Part shown: positions 38,401 through 50,022 of the stretch, piece by piece
How the letters are laid out: the number at the start of each line of letters is the position of its first letter
How positions within the stretch are numbered: position 1 is the first letter of the stretch
NCBI GenBank assembly: GCA_001949185.1
Contig: BDGG01000015.1
Location: 1,183,036 to 1,247,035, forward strand
Direction: 5' to 3'
Length of the DNA stretch: 64,000 bases
From: Ramazzottius varieornatus
Taxonomy: Eukaryota; Animalia; Tardigrada
The notes under the pieces: generated by a model
Database searches by the model: none
The model's input: only the letters and a program-made list of their open reading frames with translations
Told to the model about the DNA's origin: nothing
Position numbers and translations under genes: made by a program

Positions 38401-41400
38401 ATATGCCTGATGGTGACAAGTCTCGTGCTGGCAAAAGGGGGAACCTCCACTGCTTCTTCTTTATCATCCTCTGCACAGACCTTCCATTTCAATTATCCCT
38501 GCTGGATAATGATGATGGTTGGAGCATAGATTCCTACGTGTCAAAGCACGCTGTTCTGCATAATAATAAGGAACTTCCGGCTGGAGGACGGCCTTGATGG
38601 CGGCAGCAGGCTTGGTTTGAATGCTGCACCTTGTCGCCGTACACACGCGTACGTCTTTCGTTCTCCTCTGGCTTCCTCCAGACTTGTCAGCCCGAGCTTT
38701 GTTCCCTCTTTGTGGGTCGGGGGTTGATGTCATTGATATGACTGTGAAAGGCTTCACTTATGCCTTTTTCTGATAGCCGATAGCTGGGCAGTTGGCTGTT
38801 TATTTGCACAGGCTGCAACTGCTTCGGGTTTCCCGCCAGCCCGTTACGTCGATGTGCATGTGTAGAGATTTTCATCCGGCTAAATTAAATGTCACCCACT
38901 GGTCTATAACGTCAGTTGAGTAAGCCATCTACTGTGCATACAGAAGGAAAGGGTGTATATTTCCTGGCACCTTTTGATATCATCGGCTGAGAGTTCCCCG
39001 ACATATCACTTACCAATTTCTGGACACCCTTGTCTTTGATGCATCAGTACGAGATGAAGTCCGCCTAATTTTAGTCAGACGTGCCTAATGCTCGTGAGAA
39101 TGTTTTGCGCCGAAAGCCGCTTGCCACAGATGATCTCAATCGGCATGGAATTTGGTCGCGATTAGTCTGGCTTGTACTGATGGATCATTGGCGTTACCGC
39201 TAACTATTTGTGAATATTTGATGGGAAGTGGGATTTTCTGTACTTACCTATGAATTACGCCATCAAGTGCGCTGGGTTTTTGCCGGTGTTCGAAAGCGAT
39301 TACCTACTACAAAGTCCGATGATCAGAGCGGACACCAAGATGGTGGCCTGCGGCGTCGTCCTCTTCGCCGACACGGTATAAACATGTCCGATACATTTAA
39401 AAAAATTGATAACTGAGATACTGTCTCCATGATGTGATGGCCCCGGTTACAAGGTTGGACTTTTTGTACCGTTGATTTGATGTTTTTCTTTTGTTCAGGA
39501 TTTCCGAACGCACATTGTCCGCGAACTGTACGACACGGAGAGCTCCTATGTGGACTCGTTGCAAATACTGGAGAAGGTACGTTTTGACAAGTGTCAGTTT
39601 TACATGGAGCTGTTCCTTGCGCTCTTCAAAGTGAAACTGGCCGGAGAGGGAGAGAGTCTTACTTTGATCGGTGTAAGTCAATGCAGGTCTTGGCGACCCA
39701 CCGTAGGTAGCAGCGGGAGGCACAGTCAAGAGGTCTCATTTATGAGACCTCTTCTCGGGAATATTTTCCACGGGCCCATCTCACGTGTCTTGAAGAATCT
39801 GTCAGCAAAGGTCTTACCTGCCTACTCAAGTGACATTGCCACAGTCTAGTACGACGACTATGATCACCATCCGTGAGGAACAGCGGAAGTTGTAATTAAG
39901 GTTCGATCATCCACTTCAAAGGCTGCCATCTTCCTCATCGGCTGACCAATCAACGTCAGTCCATCTCCCATCTCTCTACCCAAATATTGTGCCCCACGTC
40001 TCTGTCTTTACGACTTTTGTGGACACCAAAACAAAAGTCTCGCGTGATAATGACGCGTGGAAACTAGTGTATAATTAGCCAGATGGCCCTGCTCTTTACG
40101 CTACAAACTTGTCAATGACTCTCTCTTCCTTTGTAGTACTACGAGACCTTGAAGAATAACGAGGAAGTGGTGGACAAAACCCTGGCCAGTAACATGTTTT
40201 ACCAAATCCCCAGCATAACAGCTCATCACCTTACCCTCTTAGAGGGATTAAAAGACCGTATTGAGCACTGGGATAATCGGCAAAAAATAGGTGACCTCGT
40301 TGTTGACACGGTAAGACCATCTTTCTTCCATCTTCACAGCCAGGCTAAAGCGCCAAACTACCCGCTAGGCTTTATCTTATGGCTGACCGCTCTTGACCTT
40401 TGCAGTTCACCAAAGAATCTGTGATTGATACCTACACCGCCTTCATAAATAACTGGAAGACTGCCAAAGACGCCATTAAACTTGCAAAATCCACTCGACC
40501 ATGCTTCGTCAAGTTCCTCGAGGTTCGTTCCTTGCTACAACCAACAAGACTGTAGGTTTTAATTTGAAAACTTTACTGTCTACATTTCAAAGTTTCATCT
40601 GAAACGTAATGCTATCTTTACTAAACATGATGAATTATTAACATCAGTATATGAAACACGCTTCCTTGATTTACTCAGGGTCGAATTTCAATTCTGATTA
40701 TTCTGCGATTGTCCGTTTCGATTTTGCACAAACAGTCTTCTCGGTTGATTAGTGGCCAAAGCCTGGTTGGCTAATTATTGCGTAGGACGAGGTTATGTTG
40801 CGGCCTGCGGCTTAATTTTAGACGGTAGGCGGGGACCTGACGGCTTTCTCTTGATAGGATTGGACACGTGAGCACCGGGGGAAATTGGACCTGGACGCTT
40901 TGCTAATCATGCCCGTACAGCGGATCCCGCGCTATGAGCTGCTGATCAAGGCATGTCTTCATTGTGGCCAGCGGAAGGCCTTGCGGCTTATCCTTGACGG
41001 ATGACTAATTAATATTCATGTCTCTTACAGGAACTGCTGAAGCACACAGCGGAAGACCATCCTGACCGCGCCGACTTGGAGCTAGCCCAGAATGAGCTCC
41101 ACGATTTAGCCCTCAAAATCAACGCCATGGAAAGCGAAGTCGACGAAGCCGAACGTACCATCATCCGCTTGAAGGAGCTGGAGCTGAACATTGACGGCCT
41201 TAATGACGTGAGCTAATTAACATGGGCAGCACCGTTAGCAGGTCTTGAAACCATAATGACCGATAAAGGGCTTAGCTAACAGGACTAATTTGGTTATAGC
41301 TGGTAGAACCGAACCGGAAGTTCCTCAAATTTGATTTGGTCACCATGTCGGTTAGTTCTTCACCCATATGATCATCACACCTTGCTCCATATGATCATCA

Positions 41401-44400
41401 CACTGACCATGTTGTAGAGTGGCATTGGCATGAAGAAAGATCGTTGTCTCTTTCTCTTCTCCGATCTCCTGATCATCACCAATCTGAAGCGAAAATCTGG
41501 AACGATGCGGAAGCCATTAAGTCACAGGTAGCTATAGAGAGACAGAAATAGCCCCATCAATGTATTTCCTATCTTGGATGACATTTTCTTGACTGTCCTT
41601 GCTCTTTAGCTGCAGTCCTCAACTGTACCCGACGCTGGACTCTAATAAATACCGACTGCTGATGAAAGTTTCCCTGGAGGATCTCGAACTAGCCAAACGT
41701 GAGTGAAAGACTGTCGTTTGCCATTGTTGTCTGACCTTATGGCCTTTAATGTATAGCCGCTCTGTGCTCATCGAAACGATCCTTTTCCGACCGTGAAATC
41801 ATAGAACGGGATTTGGAGAAGCTGAACCGCATTAGCGAGCTGAGCGTCTCCTTGTCAGGCTTCCACCAGCCCCTGGATGACGCCGTACGAAGCCTCATGT
41901 CCGGCCTCAGTCGCCAGCTCTCCCTTCCCCACTCCAACTACGTCAGCGAAACTCCTGCCCTCACCAAGGTCGAACTCAGCATTGCCACACAGTATGTTAA
42001 TGACATCTTCCATCAAACCCAGTCAACAAAAACATAAGCCCCCAACATATTATTTCCGGTCTCCCGTCAGTTTTCTGGAAACGACAGTTGAGAAGGCGGT
42101 ATTCATTCAAAATGAATCGATTGCTGTCTTGTCTGGTTCGCCCCGTATATGTCGTCACCTTCCAGTGGATAGAGATGGTCACTGTCGTCATTGTAATCAC
42201 CACGACAAAGAAATGTGGTTTGTTTTGCAGGAGCGGTGTGGAAACAATCGCAGTGAGCTTCCTGACAGCGTCAAAGCGCAACGCGTGGGAACGAGCCTTC
42301 CTGGATGCCAAACAGGCTTTGGCTTTGGGTCACAACCGGCGACAGCCACCTGACTTCCTGACGTCAATACCGATAGGCAAAACCCGCGCTGGATTACAGG
42401 TAATTGAAAAGTGTCCCCTGATGGGTTATGTGGAAATGGCAGTCTATAACAGGAAGATGCCAGAAGGAAGTGACGATTTGCTCTGCCTCCCCCAGCTAAC
42501 ATGTGCCGCCGCCACCACTGATACCAACGCTCACGATCTGAAGGATATTTGGGTATGCAAGAGCGATGGCTACGTCGGCCAAGTCTGCATTCTCAACATG
42601 CAGCCCGGTCCCCAGCCCACCCTCACTTCCTGCGTCGCTGTCAGCAATTGCAAAATCACCTGCATCGCTTCCATACCACCGGCTGCTTCACCGTAAGTCC
42701 TCTTTATCCCCTTTTAGTATCCTTGCTCACTAATCTCCCATCCCATAAATAATTATAGCGGAGACACAGTTGGCTATATAAGCCCAGTGGCATTTCCCAT
42801 CCTAATATCGTCAGTAAACATGCCCTGGTGGTTTGCAGGGCGAAAACGACGGACATTCTGCATTCTGGCAATGTCAGCCCCATCCTGTCGGATCACAGCA
42901 GCAGTGGGACTGACCTGCACGGGGCCGAAAGAATGGCCATCGACCTGGACAGCGGGGAGGAGTCCAGCGACGAAGAGGCCAGTATTGACGATCAATCGAG
43001 GAGTTTACCTTCGGACAAGGAGACCTTCCAGATGAGCTTCTCGGAAGATGAGATGGCTCCCAAAGTCGGCGAACACATACCTGATCCCTCGCAGGGAACC
43101 ATGTGGGTCGGCATGGAGGACGGCCGGTAAGATACTCTTTTTCACTGACCAACCAACCGTTGCATGGGCACCCAACCGCTTTTCAATCAACTATTCTTTG
43201 CAGAATATTCGTCTACTACTGCAACGACAATATTCGCATCCGCAAAGCACGTATAAGGATCCAACTTCCGGCTGCCATTCACAGTATCATGTAAGTAACT
43301 AACTTAACCGTCAGGAATTACTGCAATGAGTATCTCATCTTGCTGTATGTAGAAGTACGGAAAACTCGGTCTTTGTCGGTATGGTTAACGGCCAGATCGC
43401 TGTCTTCGGTCGACCACCACACGGCTTCTGGCAGACGTGTCACCCCGACTTTATCGACCTCAAGCTATCGCAAGCAGCACCCATCCAGCGCATGCTGATA
43501 GTCTGCGGACGTCTGTGGTGCGCCTGTCTCAACATGATCTTCGTGGTCAACGTAACAACACTGCGAGTGGAGGTAATTAGTGCCCTAGCTTCTGCTACAG
43601 AGTTTGGCCCAACGTTGTGATCAACGACACCGCTTTCTTCCTTCAGATTACTTTCCCGGTGGTGACGGATGCCACTCGCAACGTTTCTTGCCTAGTGTCC
43701 AGCGGACTAGGCGTCTGGATTTCGCTCCACAACTCCACGGTCCTTCGACTGTGCCACGCCCTAACTTGTCAAATCATCGGTGAAATCAACTTGACGCCTA
43801 GTGTACAGAAGATGCTGGCCGGTAAGTTGGTTTTCTCAGCATCTCTGCCACCCTAGCCACTACCTACCTATAACAGGCATACCTTGTAGGCTGTGACGAG
43901 ATCCTCCGGCAACATAAGTTTGCCTGTTTGCGCATCACTGCGCTGCTGACTTGTAAAGACCTTTTATGGGTCGGCACATCGGCTGGTGTCATCATGACCG
44001 TCAACATGCCCCACGTTCTTCAAGGCATGTCAAAGCTGACTTCCATGCCAACTGTAACAGGTACTATAAAGTCCTGACGTTGCCCGTCAGCACCGGCTAA
44101 AACTACCCAGTTTCTTGTTGACACAGGAATTTGGCATGGACATGCGGGGCAAGTCCGCTTCCTCCAAGCGGTAGAACAGCCTGCTACTGCTTGCACACTT
44201 CCTCAAAGCTCCACACGCCGTTCCATCCGACGGGACCGCCGACACTCCGTCTCATCAGGCACTCCACACAAGATGATGGTCATTAGCGGCGGTGACGGCT
44301 ACGAAGACTTCCGTTGCAGCGCCCACAGTAACCACATACAGGCCAGCATGGACAGCATGGGACGCGAGGACAACACCAGCCATCTTCTCATGTGGCACTG

Positions 44401-44404
44401 TTAG
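32418..44404 (+). CDS. ARHGEF17: Rho guanine nucleotide exchange factor 17-like (long low-complexity N-terminus, DH, split PH, beta-propeller)
   Basis: Phase-compatible Ser/Pro-rich exons 32418-37060 splice to DH domain DFRTHIVRELYDTESSYVDSLQILEK (39499)...MFYQIP...HWDNRQKIGDLVVDTFTKESVIDTYTAFINNW...LLIMPVQRIPRYELLIKELLKHTAEDHPD. Then PIGKTRAGLQLTCAA, IWVCKSDGYVGQVCIL, TMWVGMEDG, IRQHKFACLRITALL-like, ISGGDGYEDFR...DNTSHLLMWHC*. The start and extra 5' exons (for example 30426-30505) are uncertain. Confidence 0.88.
37624..37826. mobile_element. 203-bp Tc1/mariner-type MITE, copy 2 (ARHGEF17-like intron)
   Basis: TA|CAGTGTAGGCAAATAAGGTAC...GTACCTTATTTGCCTACACTG|TA: perfect 21-bp TIR, quasi-palindromic body. 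Confidence 0.9.
41364..41403 (+). repeat. 17-bp tandem duplication inside a short ARHGEF17-like intron
   Basis: CCATATGATCATCACAC at 41364-41380 and 41387-41403. Confidence 0.85.
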
Positions 44405-44752
44405 CTCATTCAACGCACCCTCACTTTGAATCTACAACTCCTTGGCCATTCCTTTCTGTAGATACAAACAAAGCTTGCTACACTGTATATTACTTGCGCT
44501 TTCCGCTTCCTGCTGTACAAACAACCCATCTGTCCATCTTTCATCCTGTGAGCAAAAGTCCGATGCTAGTCATGTTCCTATCCGCTGCACACAGCTTTCT
44601 TACATGATACATGATCTTCTAGTTTTTCTACCTTTTACTGTGTTTCCTTGTATAAACCTTACAACCACAGCACTCCACCGACACTTTGGCTCTTCCTTTA
44701 TTCGTAAAATTTACTTCGAAGAATGCACGGACGATCATGCTAGAAAAAGCTT

Positions 44753-45944
44753 CTACTGGACTTGAACACCTTGGCCTGGAGGTGGGACACCAGCAGGGTT
44801 ACCAGGACCATGCTGGCCCAAGGTATCATGTTGCTGCTTCTGTTCGGAAGAGGGAACACCTTGATGGTAGTCTTCTTCCTTGGGCTCCAGAACGGTAACG
44901 TTATCCGGCAGAGGTCTCTTGGGTCCTTGCTTTCCTCGGGGATCGTGTTTCAGCATGATTTTAACTTGAACACCCAGGACACCTGCAAGTATAACCGCTG
45001 TTAGGCTCATCTATAATCCCACAGCGCGGTGTAGGGCTTTGCTAGGACGACTTCCGGCTTTACCTTGTCGCATCAGGACGTGTCGCACGGCGCGGTCTAC
45101 GTAGGAGTTGATGGGATCACCAGAGTGGATCATGATACCGTCAGTAAACTTCATGGACTTGGCTCGCTGCCCTCTCAGCTTCCCCGAGACGACCACTTCG
45201 CAACCTTTGGCGTCAGACTCCATAATGTATCGCACCACACCGTAGCACGCTCTGCAACAAAACACACCAAGGTCACATTACTCAGTACCATCCCACTGTC
45301 CGTAGTCTGATGGTTGCGGTAGGATTATCTTACCGGCGAACTGCAAGCCCACCGAGAAGTTTGTAGCGAAGGGACTCGCATTGTGCGATGGCACACAAAC
45401 CACGGACGGCAACTTTCTCAGCATACAACTGCAAAGCAAATCAATAATCAAGCATGAACCAGTGGGAATAACATTCAACAACCGGCGCTGAAGGGCAATG
45501 CTGAAGTCATCAACATGAACAACAATTTTATTACCTCGACAGTGTTTTCTGTGAAGCCGAAACGCTTTTGCACAACGCTGGTCAGCTCACGAATCCTCTT
45601 TCCCTTCTCACCGAGAACGCTCTGCGTGCGGGTAGCCAAAATGATGATCTCAGTGTTGGTTGGAGCAGTCCTAACTTCCACGCCAGAGTAACCATCTTCA
45701 GCCAGCTCCCGCTTCAGGAATTCGTCCAGTTCAGCTTTGAAGACACCATTGTTGATAAACTACAAAGACATCCAAACGTAATTCCAAGAGAGAGAATTGC
45801 CAAAGGTAAAGATATTAGCGCATCAAGAAGAAAACTGGGGGGATCTGCTTCGAGGCAGGCGCCGAAATCAGCATCCTCTCACTGTCCCAAACATCTCCGC
45901 ACTGACCTTTCGCTTCTTCGAAACTTGCATCACTTGTCCCGCCA
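44753..45944 (-). CDS. RPS3: 40S ribosomal protein S3 (uS3)
   Basis: [13 protein letters not shown]|[69 protein letters not shown]...[23 protein letters not shown]...[11 protein letters not shown]...[14 protein letters not shown]. Confidence 0.97.
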
Positions 45945-46140
45945 TTTTCCCAATAGGTTGCAGTAGATCCAAAGAAATATCCGGGAAGATCACTAGGAGA
46001 ATATGAGAGCAGACGAGCAGGTTCCTCGACAAGCACGCTAGAATTAATCTGGAAATTCAGATTTAATTCAGGCGACGCGAGTCGAGGTCGATTCCGTCAT
46101 TCAATACGAGTCGCAATTTCAGCAAATCAGGTTGAACAAA

Positions 46141-46924
46141 CACGTGATTCAACTACTACCGCAGACCGCGGATGGAGTCATGTGTCTTCTAGATGTCGGG
46201 CATCAGGTACGTACACCTCGCCCATCTTCTACCATGGAGCCTAAATCGATGGTGACTTGCGTCACATGTTCGGCTTGAGTCGACGCCCCATCTTTCCTGT
46301 TCATCGCATTGCACAGTATTGACAGCAGAGCTAGACAGATCGTAGACTCAGTGTGAGAAAAATTTCTTCCTCGCCAGCTTTGATCAGCATCTTCCCATAT
46401 TTTCCTCTCCTATCCAGCTTTGAGAGTATCGTCTACCTCCGGTTCTTCCGTCGGAAACCCTCCACAAGCCTCAAGATGTCTGCTGCCGGACCACCCAGCT
46501 TCTCGGCACCAGGACAGCAGCCGCTGTATACGCCATTCTTCGGGGTGATGGGAGCCACATCTGCCATGATCTTTAGTGGTGAGCCTTCTTTACCCAGCTT
46601 CCCTTTCAGTATGACTCGATCGATAATGCATCGAGGCCTTTTACTGGTACATGTGTAATTTGCCCCTGTACCGTGAACACGCTCTGGGATGCGCTACCCC
46701 GCGCTAACAGACTAGCACGATATGGACTGTGATGTTCTTCTCACCTTCGTTTTAGGGAGCAAATGTGGACAGCAACGAAGGAATCGAGCTTTCCAAAAAG
46801 GTCTTTTCCTGGGTCACATGACGAGGAAGGTTAAGCTTGCAAGGAAGCCTTGATGCCTTGAATGCAAAAATGGCTGGTTATCATTGAACAATAATCAGGC
46901 ACTTGGCATGTTGAGTCATGTGAC
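46141..46924. promoter_or_regulatory. Cluster of MITF/TFEB-type M-box/E-box (CLEAR-like) motifs at the ATP6V0C promoter and intron 1
   Basis: CACGTGA 46141, GTCATGTG 46177, GTCACATG 46261, GTCACATGAC 46813-46822, GTCATGTGAC 46915-46924. Confidence 0.65.
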
Positions 46925-47881
46925 CAAGCAAAATGTCGCTCACAATTCCATGAAAATACTATTAATCTTATGCCTGTTTTATGCCAAATCAAACCCCGTT
47001 GAGGTTCTAAGATATGGGCACTTAAAGCACAATGAGAATGTGAGGTGAGCGAAGACAAATGGGAAGTTCTAGTCAAGCGCCGAGAGCCGATTAGGCATGC
47101 AATCAATATAAACTCCTGCTTGAGAAAAGGTTCGAGGTGCTGTTCTTTCGCGGGGGTTCCCGAGGTTGATGAAAATATGGAGCGTGGTTGGTCAAACTGT
47201 AAAGTCTGTTCTTCTGAGAAGCTAAGACCTCAGTTAGGCAAACAAATTCGATAAGATGGCTTTCCGAAGTGGCGGACGCTTCCTGCCAATAACACTGGAA
47301 ACGTGCGTCACTTGGGAAAACGTCGTTCCCAGTTTCCGAGTTTTTGGTTCAGTTCATCTAATGAATTGTTTTCTGTATTTTTACAGCGTTGGGAGCCGCC
47401 TACGGAACAGCCAAGTCTGGGACGGGTATCGCGGCCATGTCGGTGATGAGACCGGAATTGATCATGAAATCCGTCATTCCCGTAGTCATGGCAGGTATCA
47501 TTGCTATTTACGGCCTGGTGGTAGCGGTCGTCATTGCCGGCGGTATCGGCCAGGACTACACACTCTACAGGTAACTATTCACCTGAAGGAGGTAATATCT
47601 TGACTATTGATGGGCGATAGAACCCACAGGTTAGCTGAACAAGTCATTATCGCCTGTTTGTATGCTTTTATAGGTCGTTCATGCACTTGGGTGCTGGCTT
47701 GAGTGTCGGCCTCAGTGGCTTGGCTGCTGGCTTTGCCATTGGTATTGTGGGTGACGCTGGTGTGCGCGGGACGGCTCAGCAACCACGTCTCTTCGTCGGT
47801 ATGATTTTAATCCTCATTTTCGCCGAAGTCTTGGGTCTATACGGGCTGATCGTGGCCCTCATCTTGGCCGTCAAGCAGTAG
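46476..47881 (+). CDS. ATP6V0C: V-type H+-ATPase 16 kDa proteolipid subunit c
   Basis: Exons 46476-46578, 47387-47570, 47673-47881: [65 protein letters not shown]...[61 protein letters not shown]. The proton-carrying Glu is present. Confidence 0.97.
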
Positions 47882-48510
47882 AGAAAGAATTCCCTGAAGC
47901 TTCTCCCAGCTTCACTTCAGTACATCGTCGTACTCTTCTGCAACGGTCTGGTCCTCTTTTCCTGGCTACGTCGTGGCTTCAAGAATTTATTGCATATTCT
48001 TCTACCCTTCTGTCTAAGTCTCCAGCTACTATTTATTCCACTGTTCATTGTTGATGTCGTTTGATGAGTGAAGGCCAAGATCCTCGGTTTAACGTCTCGT
48101 GATGTCGTCTTGGGGTTTCTTGTCGGGAGTTGATAGCATGTTCGAGCGTAAAGTACTGATCTGCACAGAAGTTCTGTGAATCATCGAAACGTATGCATTC
48201 CAACTTGTGATTTTCTTTCTCTCTCTCTCGATACTGTTACAAACATTGCTTCTGGTCTTAAAGTCGTCAAATGCGAAGCTTCAGGGTTCGCTCTAGGATG
48301 ACCTCCGCCTGTTAATCATTCCAAGACGTATGTTTTGTTGATGATCATAATTGCTACTGGCACCGGAGACAGAAGACTAGAGTGAGGTAATTCGAGGATA
48401 CAGAATTATTATCAGACACGGTACTCGTAGTCTACACAGGTTCCTCGAAGGTTTGCCGTGACAAAATCCGCGTAACTATCAAAAGCAGACAAAACATGTC
48501 GTCTTAATTA

Positions 48511-48696
48511 AGTACACGCACGAAGGGAAAGTTTGAAACAATAAAAAGTTTGGAACAGGCGATTTCGGACAAGCGAAACAGAAGTTCGTACGTACCTGTG
48601 CGATTCACGCCAAGGCCCTTTATTGACAATTTTTTACGGTTGAATTGTCAATATGCCATCTTTTACTGTTCCAAACTTTCCCTTCGTGCATGTACT
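48511..48696. mobile_element. About 186-bp foldback MITE between the converging V-ATPase genes
   Basis: AGTACACGCACGAAGGGAAAGTTTGAAACAATAAAA pairs with TTTTACTGTTCCAAACTTTCCCTTCGTGCATGTACT (about 36-bp imperfect TIR, TA at both ends). Internal hairpin TATTGACAATT...AATTGTCAATA. Confidence 0.75.
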
Positions 48697-48731
48697 GTAA
48701 ATAACGGGAGAAGGTGTTGTCGACAAAGACA

Positions 48732-48742
48732 TGGAATGTAAA
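48732..48742 (-). promoter_or_regulatory. miR-1 8mer target site in the putative ATP6V1D 3'UTR
   Basis: The minus strand reads TTTACATTCCA, complementary to miR-1 nt 1-11 (UGGAAUGUAAA), about 110 nt after the stop codon. Confidence 0.65.
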
Positions 48743-48850
48743 TACACAATACGAGACAACCGAAAGAAAAACCTTAATTATACGTCTTTGACTATCTGCT
48801 ATAATATAACATGTCTGATCCCCACAGAGCCAAAAGCCACAGTTTGCCGA

Positions 48851-49657
48851 CTAAAAGAGGACATCGGCGTCGTTATCCTCGTCGATGATGTTGCGGACGT
48901 GATTGATCTTTTCTGCATACTTTCCTTGGCCGTGCAGACTTCCCTCCTGCTGCTGCTGCTGCTGCAGACTGGCCGCCGACTCTTTCTCCTCTTTCTCCAC
49001 TTTCTCCTTCCTGTCCCTTGCTTGCTTCTTCTTTTCCTGCACCTTCTTCAAGCGAAAGAATTCCTCTCGTTCACGTTCATCGAGTTCGGAGACGATGTAG
49101 GCCAGGGTTCTTTCAATCTTGGGGATGATGACGTGCTCGATGGCGTTGACGCGACGATTGGTCACTTTGATCACTTCGTCCAGCGTTACAAAGGATGTCT
49201 GCAAAGAAGCCAGATCCACCAGTAACTTTACGGCAGTCAGGTAGTTCTTCTTCAACTTGGCCACTTGCTGACCACCTTTGGCGATACCCGTCAGCTCGTA
49301 ACTGTCTGTGCCTTCGACGTAATGCTCGAAGACGGGAAGGTTGACACCAGCCACGTTATCCTTTCGAGTTCGTACTTTGATCTGCGCCTTCGCCACACTC
49401 TGCAGCACAGTCTGGTTGACATCGCCAGCAGCAAACTTGGTCTCGGCCAGAGAGAAAGCGGCTTCTTTCATGACTTCACCCATCTGTACCTTGGTCTCGA
49501 TGATCTTCCCCAAGATGGCACGAAAACGCATCGTCAAAGCATCCGACTTCTTTTTCAACAGGGAATGACCTTTCTGGGCTCCTTTCAGACGCGTTTTCAT
49601 CAAGGTCTGCGCCATACGCGAGGGGAAAATGTTGATCTTTTCATCCTTCCCAGACAT
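48851..49657 (-). CDS. ATP6V1D: V-type H+-ATPase subunit D (intronless CDS)
   Basis: [46 protein letters not shown]...[59 protein letters not shown]...EDNDADVLF*; 268 aa. Confidence 0.97.
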   Translation of the reverse strand: MSGKDEKINIFPSRMAQTLMKTRLKGAQKGHSLLKKKSDALTMRFRAILGKIIETKVQMGEVMKEAAFSLAETKFAAGDVNQTVLQSVAKAQIKVRTRKDNVAGVNLPVFEHYVEGTDSYELTGIAKGGQQVAKLKKNYLTAVKLLVDLASLQTSFVTLDEVIKVTNRRVNAIEHVIIPKIERTLAYIVSELDEREREEFFRLKKVQEKKKQARDRKEKVEKEEKESAASLQQQQQQEGSLHGQGKYAEKINHVRNIIDEDNDADVLF

Positions 49658-50022
49658 CGTGCGCGGGTGGAGGCTTTGTGGAAGATAGAGTTGTGAAAGA
49701 GTTGACTCGGAAGTCTCACTTGTCCAGGAAATGGACGACGCTCCCAGGTCGTCTGGATTCGTGCCAATCCAAGCAAGCGGTTCTGTTAGTCCATGGCTCC
49801 TACAAACAGGGTGGTTAGGAGAGCGGAATCGAGGAGAGGCAGGCGCAGAAGTGAGAAGGCGAAGAATCAAATCGGGGCATGTGATGTGCTAGTAGCCTGC
49901 CAGGGCGGGCTGCTGCAGACAAGTTGGATAACTCATGTAAACAGTTGAGGCCCCGTGACCAGTTATTAGCGGTTGAACACCACGTGTCACAATATGTGTG
50001 AGCCTCCGGAAGTACGAACCAC

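Noticed and set aside
45430-45905. Intronic box C/D snoRNA in RPS3 (vertebrate RPS3 hosts U15)
   Set aside because: One TGATGA is present, but no properly placed CTGA D box or terminal stem was found.
48732-48753. A miR-1 gene (plus strand begins TGGAATGTAAA)
   Set aside because: The match stops after 11 nt and no precursor hairpin is evident. It is better explained as a target site on the minus-strand mRNA.
49658-49870. About 70-aa N-terminal extension of ATP6V1D in the ORF track
   Set aside because: It begins at a non-ATG codon, and homology starts at MSGKD. It is most likely an open 5'UTR.
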